Part shown: one piece after another, positions 38,700-48,892 of the stretch | How the letters are laid out: each line of letters starts with the position of its first letter | How positions within the stretch are numbered: the stretch's first letter is position 1 | Assembly: GCF_000143415.4 (NCBI RefSeq) | Contig: NW_003314263.1 | Location: 684,165-748,164 of the forward strand | From: Selaginella moellendorffii | Taxonomy: Eukaryota > Plantae > Lycopodiophyta | Direction: 5' to 3' | DNA length: 64,000 bases | Position numbers and translations under genes: made by a program | Notes under the pieces: generated by a model | What the model was told of the DNA's origin: nothing | The model's input: only the letters and a program-made list of their open reading frames with translations | Database searches by the model: none

Positions 38700-38766
38700 A
38701 GAATTGAGTGTGCTTAGTTAATTAATAAGCCATAGCTTTTGTCGTTGATCTCATTACAAATTATTG

Positions 38767-39851
38767 AATTACTTACCTGCACATATGAAAATCTTGGCTG
38801 AGATTGCGAAGCCCGTTCTGCTGTTCAGCAGCTTCCGTGATCGCTGTCCATGAATTCCGTATGATCTCGAAGCACTCCTCCCCCTCCCTCTGGGATAAAA
38901 CACTTACAAAAACCCGGAAAAACTTTCAATGCCAACCTTGAAAGCGTTCGAGACGATGTCATAGTACGTAGTGTATGGAACAATGTTCTCGAACTGTAGT
39001 ATCGGTGCTGACGACGCGAGAGCTCCGATCGCAATGTGCGGATACTTCAGCCGAAACCACGCAGCCAACACTGAAAAAAGCTTGTGAGAACCTCCAAAGA
39101 AAATCTCATTGAAACCACCTTACTTCCACCATAAGAACCGCCAAAGACCACCACTGGCGATGCTTGCGCTGAGAGATTCCTCTTGAGATCAAGTATGAGC
39201 GTCGCGAAATCGGCCAGAGCTTGCTCGGCAGAGCAAAATGCCAGTTCCTTAGGACCGTTTTGGCCTCCAAAAGGCTGTGATTTTCCATAGAATCGGTGCT
39301 ACAATCACAGAAAGAGAGAGAGAGAGATTGATCGAAGGAAAGAAGAACGAGAAAGAACAAAAACCAACCTCCGGGAAGACGAGCAGTGCTCTAAAGAGAT
39401 GAGCAATATCAAACATAAACCCAGTGTTCTCGGCAAACCACACAATGTCGCCCTTGTTACCACAGTAGACCAAGATGGGAGCTCCACTGGCACCTCCACT
39501 CCACGAGGCACTGTGGAGGAGATAGTGCTGAACTAATACTTAAACAATGTATTGCGGATACTTAAACAATGTATTGCGGATGTCGTCATCTGTGAGATTT
39601 GGTATAATATTAGTAGAGATATGATAATCTGAGCTTCGCTCATCTGCCTGGAAACGCACAAGCGATCAGCAAGACTAGATCCACAATAATACTTAGGCGA
39701 AGCCTTCTTTCAAGGCAAGCAGCAGCGCAGCTCCTCTTCTCAGCAATTGCATGCGATGATGGTGATGAGTTCTTGTTCGCCATTCCTTTGCGTTTACCTG
39801 AATCAGGAGGGCAATCGCTGCCAGGAGCAAGAGCGCGCAGCTCCTCGCCAT
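38767..39851 (-). pseudogene. Truncated duplicate of the S28 carboxypeptidase
   Basis: Matches about 33722-34717; 3' half missing; about 165 bp of unrelated sequence replaces part of exon 1 at about 39530-39695. Confidence 0.88.
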
Positions 39852-40251
39852 TTTTATCCCTAAAGTCGTCAAAAAGTGGAGCTAAGGGACTACTTTACTG
39901 TGTAATTAATTTAAACCTGTAAGTAATCAAAATATCTCTCGGGTCACGTACGGGGATGCCAGTTTTCCCGTACTCTCCGTTCCTTTAGTCCAGGCTTTTC
40001 CATTCAATATCGGGTTGTTGCTCTCCAGAATACTTTAATCTCTGGTCCTGCAATTTTGTCACTGCAATGGAACTAACAAGTTTCATTCAGCGCAGATTTC
40101 CATCAGCCTAGTAGCGACATTCCCTTCATTTCTGAATAGTAGCCAATCAGCTTAAGCATGGACGTCCCACGCGATGCACGCAGGCATTGCCCAGCAGCAG
40201 CGCATATAAACAGATGCAAGCTTGAAATTGTAGCTCTAAAGTTTCAGTTCA

Positions 40252-40776
40252 ATGGCGAAATTGCTTGTTCTTTTCTCCCTCCTCTTCGGCCTGCTGCTCT
40301 TGGCAACCGATGCATCTCGCAACACTCAGCGTACGTGCGAACTTCTGCATTGCAATTTCAAATCTGTGGAATCCATATGCAGCGGTTGACAAGGAGGGCA
40401 CCAGTGAGAATTACAATGTCATTGTCGAGGGACCTCGTGAAGGCAGCGAGGCTGGCCCTGGTCTCAACAACTTTGTCACCCAGCAGCTCCCTGGGAAGCA
40501 CGGTATGATCAGGAGCTTTTGTTATGCCCCACTGTTTCTCCGTTTGTTTATGCTGCAGGCCTCCAAGATACATACTGTTGCCGGAAGGATGCTTTCGGAT
40601 CATGTCTTCAGGAGTGCGACTCGGGCGTCAATTACTACTGCTGCCTCAAGAATGGATTGGGCGGCTGTTTGCAGCTGTGCGACTCGTCCAAGAAACACTA
40701 CTGCTGCAAGAAGAACCCTTTTGGTACCTGCCTTGGAATGTGCCCCAAAACGTTGAATCTGATGGATTTTGCTTGA
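40252..40776 (+). CDS. Secreted modular cysteine-rich peptide precursor, copy 2 (exons 40252-40330, 40383-40502, 40559-40776; 138 aa; 3 modules)
   Basis: Same exon structure as copy 1; YCCRKDAFGSCLQECDSGVNYYCCLKNGLGGCLQLCDSSKKHYCCKKNPFGTCLGMCP. Confidence 0.88.
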
Positions 40777-40882
40777 TGAACATGTGTGACTGCATTCTGG
40801 AATTATCAAAAGAATAAATTGCTTCTGTGACAACCTTTCACTTTAACAAAACACCATTTGCCATCAGTGTAAAACAATATAA

Positions 40883-43800
40883 TCATCTTCTGGGCTTAGC
40901 GCCACCATTGCCTTTGCTCGCAGGCTTGCCACCTTTGCCTCTGTTCGCAGGCTTGCCACGTTTGCCTTTGCTCGCACCTTTGCCACCCGTTTTACCACCT
41001 TTTCCACCGCCTTTGCCAGGCTTGCCACTTCCTCGGGATCGTGAGTCCTTCTTCATGCGACGATCCACCACAAGCTTCCCTTTGCCACCCTTGACCCTCA
41101 CGCCCTTCTTCGCCACAACGAGCTCCCGCTTGGGACGCTTATTGGTCGTCGCCGCCGCTTTCTTGTAAACCTTGTCCATCATCCTGTTCTTGGACTTGTT
41201 CGAGATGTCCGGCTGATCGGCAATCGCCGCCGCTTTGCTCCGTGCTTGCTCCATTTTCTTCATCACCCTCCGCTTCTTGCGAGCCTTGGCCTCAGCAACC
41301 TTCTTCACGGGCCTCGCGTCTATCGCTCTAAACTGAGCCCTCATCGCCTGGACCTCTTCCTTGGTGAATGCCGCTTCTCGTCGTCCGCGAACCATTCCGG
41401 AAGCCCCTCGTCGTCGAACATGTACTTGTTGTACGCGTCGTCGATGATCCTGTCTCTGTCCTTCTTCCGCAGCATCTTCTTGGCGTAAGTGAGGATCTCT
41501 GCCTTGGCGTCGCTGTCGTAGTCCTCCTCTTCGTCCGAGGAAGAGTCGGACGAACCACTCGGCTCGGCTGCTACAACCTCAAAGTCTTCCCGTGCTCTCT
41601 TGAGCTTTCCTGGCGCAACCGTGACATCGCTCGGAGGAGCGTCCTTGGCAGTCTTTGGTCCCTTGGTATCCGTCTCCGGGGTTTGATCTAAACCGGCGAA
41701 GATGTCTTGACTGAACCATTGCTGTGCAATCTGTTCCTTCGAGAGCTTGGCCTTGGGAAGCGACACGACGAGAGGATTGGCCTCCTCCTCCTCCTCTTCT
41801 TCTACTTCGTTTTCTTCTTCCTCAGAAGCATTCTCTTCCACGTCCTCCTAAGGATATTGTCAGCTGCTTGCAAGTTCTAACACTTTCATTTGGCTTACCT
41901 CCCACAGCTTTTCGTCTCCTGCATTAGCCATTCTTGCGCGTTTCCGCCGTGCAGTGTTGCTTTCAGTCTTGCTCCGGTAGCGTTCGTATGCACGATCGAG
42001 GAAAGATTCCAGCTCGTCGTTGTATCTGCGAGAGATTACGTTAACACTTCCAAGGCGTAGTTCTTACCTTTCGCGCTCGACGTCAGAATCCACATCATTG
42101 TCTTCGTCATCCTTCTGCTCCATATCCTGCTTACTCGTTTCATCCTTCACATTGTCATCGCTGTCTAACATGTCGTCATCCGCACCTTCGACCCGATCCA
42201 AGCTTTTCTTCGCCTGGAAAAATGTATCCAACAGGAGCTCATAGGCACTGACGAGAAAGCGGACAAACATACCTTGATTGAGCCCAAAGAGAACAGATCC
42301 CGCTCGCCATAAGTGTCTCCCAAGACATCGACTTGCATCCCTGTTCTATTTCGTGCGTTTAGCTGCAGTGTTGTGGCCCATCAACATACACCACCAACAA
42401 AAGATAGACAAACAATATGTACCTTCTGTTTACGCTTGGCAGCCTTCTTCTTCGCCTGCTTGCTTTTCGAATCCATTAGAGACTTGAGCTCCTCCATTTT
42501 CTTTAGCATATCCTCGTCTTCATCTTCTTCTTTTTCGTCGTCATCCTTTTCAGGAGCCCTATCACCCTCTGTTTCCTCCGAAGCTGACGTTTTCGAAAGA
42601 GCTTTTCGTACATGCAGGCACCACCTGAGAGAACCAAATGAGCATGAAAGACAACAGCCACGAGAAGTAAAACTTACTTCAACAGTTGCTTGAATTCTTT
42701 CTTCCCCAGAACTCTAAGGTCTTCGCATAATGCCTTTATCTACAGGACAAAGTCCTCCCAATCAAAACAAGAAAACGAGGAATAGATATGAACGTACCTC
42801 GTCAGTTGTTTCAGCGTGGTCTTTGATTGGCGAACTTTTGGGATCCTCAAACGAAATAGACGTGATGCTACCAAGAAGCTCTAGAGGTTTTTCGGACCAG
42901 ACGAAGTCTGCTGCCGTGCAGTCTTTACGAAAGGTAGTGTTAGCATCATCGTATCTGCAGGAAAAGAAAAACATAAAACCAAGAGTCTATTTGACGTGAG
43001 AACCCACCCCTCGCGGTGACGTTTCTGTTTACTACTACGAAGAACGTCGATCACCTACACAATTTACTCGGCTTTAGCGCAAGCACCTTGTTTACAATAC
43101 CAAAACCCACCTTTGGGGGCTGAGGAATCTCTTCAAATAAAAAGCGAGGGTCCAAGTTACGCGGATCGATTTTCACGGGTGCCAGATACTTGAGACCAAC
43201 CACGTATATTTCAGCCGATGTCGAACGACTTGCTATGGGTTTCGTGACTTCCACCTTGGCAAACAGCTACCAAACGATACAAGAGGCAATGAATTATCAC
43301 TCAAAAAACCATGACAAACATACCTGTTCAAATGCATACTTCAGCGCGTTATAATCTTGGGATCGAAAAACCTGCAAGAAAAAACCAATTTTGGGAATCA
43401 GAGAAGAAGGAAAAATTCAAAAGTGGAGGAAGAAAAGGAATTCCTCGTACCTTGGTGACAAACGTTCCTTTGGGAGCCAGAAACTTGGTAGCCAACTTCA
43501 AAGAATCCAGGACAAGAGACGACTGCGTCATGGCTTCTTTGGCCCAGGCACCTCCCACATTGGGGGAGCCATCGTGGAGCACAACATCGACCATCCTCAA
43601 CCCATTCTGGTCGAGAATCTTCCCAATATCGGACGCGCATTTTGGAGTGGTGATATCGCCCTGGAGCGACAGCGCCCCTCTCACGGGGCGAATCGGCACC
43701 AGATCCACGCCGATTATCACAGACCTCACGGGCATCTTCTCCACGGCCACCTGCATCCATCCCCCGGGCGCCGCGCACAAATCCAGCACCGAGTGCGCCG

Positions 43801-43927
43801 AGCTGAGGAAGCCATACTTGCGATCGAGCTGCACGAGCTTGAATGCGGCACGGGAGCGGTAGCCCTGCTCCTTGGCGAGGTAGTAGAAGCGATCCAAGCG
43901 GTGCTTCCCCTTCTTCGCCTTCCCCAT
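40883..43927 (-). pseudogene. SPB1: Spb1/FTSJ3 rRNA 2'-O-methyltransferase, full span, with one frameshift in the last exon
   Basis: [39 protein letters not shown] and the Spb1 C-terminal region; frame breaks between DDEKRH and TKEEVQAM at about 41365. Confidence 0.8.
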
Positions 43928-43941
43928 CCCTGCAAGACCTA

Positions 43942-43962
43942 AAACCCTACGAGGAACCCTAA
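43942..43962. promoter_or_regulatory. Telo-box motifs upstream of SPB1 ATG
   Basis: AAACCCTA at 43942-43949 and AACCCTAA nearby; telo-boxes are typical of plant ribosome-biogenesis genes. Confidence 0.6.
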
Positions 43963-44192
43963 AACCCCACTTTAGGTTTACAATAAATATTCTGGTGGAT
44001 ATTCGAGCACTTTTATAATGCGTACATTCATAAAGTCTTCCCTTCTTGGGTGATATACGAGGTAGTTACCTTAAGCATGCATCGCGTGGGGATGGGGACG
44101 CCCACGCGATGCATGCAGGCATTCCCCCTTTATAAACAGATGCAGAACTTTGTATTGTCAAGCATAATATTTCTGGTTTCAGTTCAAGGAGA

Positions 44193-44786
44193 ATGGCCAA
44201 AGTTCTTCTTTCCACCCTCCTCTTTGGCCTGCTGCTCTTCGTAGCTGATGCATCTCGCAACACTCAGCGTACGTGCAAACACTTCCGCATTCGTGCAAAT
44301 CGTTTCTCTAACCTGCAGAATGGTTCTAGTGACTGGCAGGGAGAGCGATGTGACTTACGTCGTCGAGGGGCCTCGTGAAGGTAACGAGGCTGCTGATCTC
44401 AATGTTGTCATCCGGAACACCCCGAAACACGGTAACTTAGATCACGTTATGATCTTCCTTGTAGCTGTCCTTGTGACATTGATTATGCCACTGCTTTTCC
44501 GTTTTTGATGATTGCAGGCCTCCAAGATACATACTGCTGCCTGAGGAACGGCTTTGGATGTCTTCAGGAGTGCGACTCCAACATCAATTACTACTGCTGC
44601 CTGAAGAATGGATTCGGATGCCTACAGCTCTGCGAGCCCAACGTTAATTATTTCTGCTGCCTCAAGGATGGATTTGGCAGCTGCCAGCAGCTCTGCGACT
44701 CATCCAAGGAACACTACTGCTGCAAAAAGAACGGCTTTGGGACCTGCACTGGAATGTGCCCCAAAACCGTGAACCTGATGAAGTGA
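44193..44786 (+). CDS. Secreted modular cysteine-rich peptide precursor, copy 3 (exons 44193-44268, 44330-44431, 44518-44786; 148 aa; 4 modules)
   Basis: Signal-peptide exon, pro-exon with conserved VEGPREG, exon 3 with 16 Cys. The frame is intact if acceptor TTCTAG 44329 is used; the nearer AG at 44318 lies too close to the CTAAC branch-site motif. Confidence 0.85.
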
Positions 44787-45251
44787 TCCGCGTTTGATGA
44801 AAAGTGTATGCAACATCTGGAATCAAAAGCTTGTAATTGCTGATACTCTTTACAATTTTTTTACGCTAGACATTTACATCTGGAACCTGATACAACTGAG
44901 TTTGTAAGTTCCCTTTTAGCATAGCTTGCCATGCCACTGCTGCTGGATCGTCCATTGGGAGACAAGTAGCACTGGAGGCGTTACAATCCCCTTTGAACAA
45001 GGTCTCAGCGCCTCATTTAAGTAAATTGTAAGAAAAAAAAACTTGGAAGCTGTTATAGTCCCATGTGCTCCACACGTGAAAGGTTCTAAGAATATCTTAT
45101 CTTATGAATAATTGTTTAAACTTGAGCTTTAGCTCGATTCATGAGATCGTCCCAACACACCTAGGAAAGAACGGTGCGCTTTCTTGTCATGTCTTCCAAT
45201 TCCATGCTGATATTCATCGCCACCTTTGGTTTCTCAATTGTCTAGCGCATA

Positions 45252-47032
45252 ATGCATCGTCTCAATGACACTGGAAACGCCATTGTCCTCCAAGTGTTGG
45301 ATTGTTCACCCACCAATAGGGAACGTAGGAGCAAACCTCGCAAGGGTCTCAGTTCTACTTGTCAGTCTTCCTCCCAATGGACGCCATGGAACTATCCAGC
45401 AGCGGTGGCATGGCGAGCTACGCGAAAACCCGTCCGAAAAGGTGCGTACGGCGACCTAGTGCTGAGCGACGTAGATGAAAGCTTTGTGTGGTCGACCAAC
45501 AAGGGCCTCGAGAGCTCTGGAAATCTCGTAATCCGGAGCAAAACTGGAGCTTTGCTGTGGCAGAGCTTTGATCATCCCGGTGATGCTATGCTCCCTGCCA
45601 GCCTCTAAAACCAGGGATGAAGTTAGTAGCCAGCATCTCTAACGAGAAGAAAGAGCGAGGGTACTTCTCACTCGAGGTAAGCCGCTTCTTGGTCGCTTTG
45701 AACTCCAGTATGTTGGGATCTTTTGGAGAGCTCTGGAGCTCCGACGAGGAAGAAGAAGAGATATCGTTTCTCTTCCTCATCAATAGCAGCTTGGAAATCC
45801 ACGGGACGAAAGGTGTTATGTGGTCCACTCCAACGATCGGTGCTTACTGGTCAATCCGGATACCAGTTACTCAAGATCTACTCCAATGGAGAGCTCCAGT
45901 TTACCTCGAGATCATTCAGCAGCAGCAACAGCACGAAGAGCATCGACTTAAAACCCGCAGTTATTCGGGAACAGCTTGCTTACTCGAACCTGTGGGATCT
46001 CGTTCCAGACAGCTGACGGATGCCTCTGTCCGGAGCTCAAGAACGACACCAGGGGATCGTCATCCATGGAGTACGTTTCTTCCGGGGACAAGGAGAGGTG
46101 CAAGCCCGAAAACGAACCTGGAGGAACCTGGAAGAACCTGCGAGAACTCGCAACATTACTACATGCTCGAAGCCACAGTACGATACTTCTACAAACCTCT
46201 AGATTTATCCAGTGCGCTCCACAACGTCACTCCAGCAGCATGCATGGCCATGTGTATCAAAAACTGTTCGTGCAAAGTAGTGCTAAGCCAGGAGAAAACG
46301 AGTACCTGTTTCCAGATGAATGAAGTTTTTGCTCTGAACAGAACTCGCAACGTCGCCGATCAAGCTTCGCTGTTTTCGATCAAGTTGTACCAAGCTGGAG
46401 ATCTTCCAAAGCTCTCAGCACCAGGCAGCTCGCAGAACAAAGAAGCCAAGCAACAGAAAAAGGCAAAGCCAGCCATCGTCGGGGCTTTCTCTGTGGCAAC
46501 CATGGCTATAATCATCATCGCAATGGTGATCTGGAAGAAACTGATAAACTCGTACCTCAAACACTACAAACCATCGTTTCCATCCGGTGCTATGGACGTG
46601 GTGCGCGTGCGTCTTCACGTACCCGGAGCTCCACACTCCTTCAGTAAGAAAATCGCTTTGGCACGGCAGGATGGTAGAGCAAGGAGATCTAAGCGATGTC
46701 ATGACCATGATCCGAGGAACACCCGGATACATGAGATGAGAGTGAGCGACAAACTGGACGTCTACAGCTTTGGGATCCTTGTGCTGCAAATGGCAACTGG
46801 ACTACAAGCTTTCTGTCTTGCGGGAGGCAAAGTTCCTGGCGGCATGGGCGTTTGAGAAGCTTCGATCTGGGAAGTTAATGGAGATGTTAGAAGAGAAGAG
46901 GGCCCGGCACGAAATGGAGGCTACCTCTAAGGCCGAGAAGCTGCTTCGCATTGGAATGTGGTGCATCCAGCCGGATCCCAGGGGCGCTCTGCAATGGCTC
47001 AAGTCGTCAAAATGTTGCAAGGAGTGCCCTAA
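45252..47032 (+). pseudogene. G-type lectin S-domain receptor-like kinase pseudogene (most of kinase domain deleted)
   Basis: LWQSFDHPGD, PAN-like CMAMCIKNCSC, TM helix, kinase C-terminal motifs; frameshifts and a deletion at about 46665. Confidence 0.88.
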
Positions 47033-47244
47033 ATGAATTCTTTATTATTTAAAACCTTTAAGGAGTTAAAACATTTAGTTTAATTTAGTTTAATTTGTTA
47101 TATTTTAGTTTAGTTAAGCAAAATAAAAAACTTTTAATTGGAATATTTGCCCAATGTTTTTCTTTTAATATGTATAATACATAAATAATATTACTAAAAC
47201 ATTGTTATTGTTTAAATGTCAGTTATGAAAACCACTTTAGAATC

Positions 47245-47928
47245 ATGGTTTTTCTTAGATCTTATTAAAGAAGTAGGAAGATAAAATAATTATTACTCAG
47301 TGTTTTTAAAAAATGGTAAATCCTTAAATATGACAATATCATTTTTAAATGCACAACCAAATAATAGATGGAATATCTTTCCTGATTTTAGTATAATATA
47401 TAAAGGCTTTGATTTACAAGTAGAATTTACAAATATGATGGTTGGTTTTGTTATGGATGATTTTGTAAAATTTGGATCCACAGAATATATCAATGGACAA
47501 TTTACCAAATCATATCAGTTTGATTCAGATTATATTTTTCCACATAAAGTAAAACGTACTCACAACCACATAAAAACGATTTCAATATTTATAAGGTCTG
47601 CATAAGAAATGGACCACACCATTCTGTCTTTTCTACATCATCAAATGGGAACTTTCTACAATCTCTAAATGGAATATTCACGCTTTACCTAGTTTTATAT
47701 ACAAAGAGTGTAATTGTTTGGAGCACTCACACAAATAGCAATGCTTTCTAAGGTTGCAAAAAGATGGAAATATGGTAATCTATGATGAAAATTACACGGT
47801 TGTTTGGTCATACAGCATTTACTGGAAAGACAAATGGATTACTAGCGCATTATGTGTTGATAACTCTGGACGTGTTATAGTATGCAACACTGTAGAGCAA
47901 ACTTGTATATGCCCATCACGAAGATGAG
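47245..47928 (+). pseudogene. AT-rich gene with C-terminal bulb-type lectin domain, disrupted
   Basis: LQKDGNMVIY motif; frameshifts relative to the other two copies. Confidence 0.7.
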
Positions 47929-47945
47929 AATTTAAAATCTAGCAT

Positions 47946-48431
47946 TCACTCTACACAAATATGAGACAAACGGACATAAGTTGATGCTCCAGAAGCTCTT
48001 GCGATGGGGCCAAACGATTATTGCCATGAGTTTTACAAGCCCCAAGCAGCGTCATGTAGGCAATGGAGCCCGGCTCGATTGGCATGCTATCGATCACCTC
48101 TTTGGCCTCATCAAGCCGGCCAGTTCACCCAAGCAAATCGATCACACACATGAAATGCTCCAAGTTTGGAGGTATGTGATGATCGAGCACAAGAGACTGA
48201 AAACTATGCTTACCACTCTCAAAGAGCCGGGCGTGGCTACATGGAGAGAGAACACTGACAATCGTAACTTTGTCCGGCTCAAGCCCCTCGTGCTTCATCC
48301 TCCAGAAGAAATCAAAAGTTTCATCAAAATGACCGTTATTTGCATATGCCGAGATGATTCCATTCCATGAAACCACGTCCTGCCCTGTCTTTGCCTCAAA
48401 AGCCAACGTTGCCCCTTCAAGGTATCCACAC
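47946..48431 (-). pseudogene. Inverted 3' fragment of the PPR gene
   Basis: Reverse complement of about 51357-51862, with stops and indels. Confidence 0.88.
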
Positions 48432-48892
48432 TAAGCATTTGGTGTTGAGTAGAAAACTAAGCTGGAAGAAGAATCTAAATGGAAACAATGAATTTGTCTC
48501 TTGAGACTTCCTGTAAATTAGCCAAGTGCTAGTGAAAAAATCAAAGTAGAAAGATTCAAGGAAATGGAGAAATCCTTGTCCAAACGCCAAATTCATACTC
48601 AAGATTGAGAAATTGTGCTTGCATAATGTCTGTCAACCTCAGCTTCCTGATTCAATTGTGAACCATGTGACAATTGGATGTCTAGTGTGAATGAAAGTGT
48701 GATGGGTCAGCTCAGTGCTTGGAAAGTTCTTCATTTCAACCATCAGATCAAAACTGAATCTATCTCCCGAGAACAAAAAATTGATCATAAATGGGTTAGC
48801 AATCTAAGTTTTTAAACTGACAAAGGACAGCATTCGACGAAACATCTAGTCCCAAGATAATATTCTAGAACCCTAAAACGCATCATGGTTCT

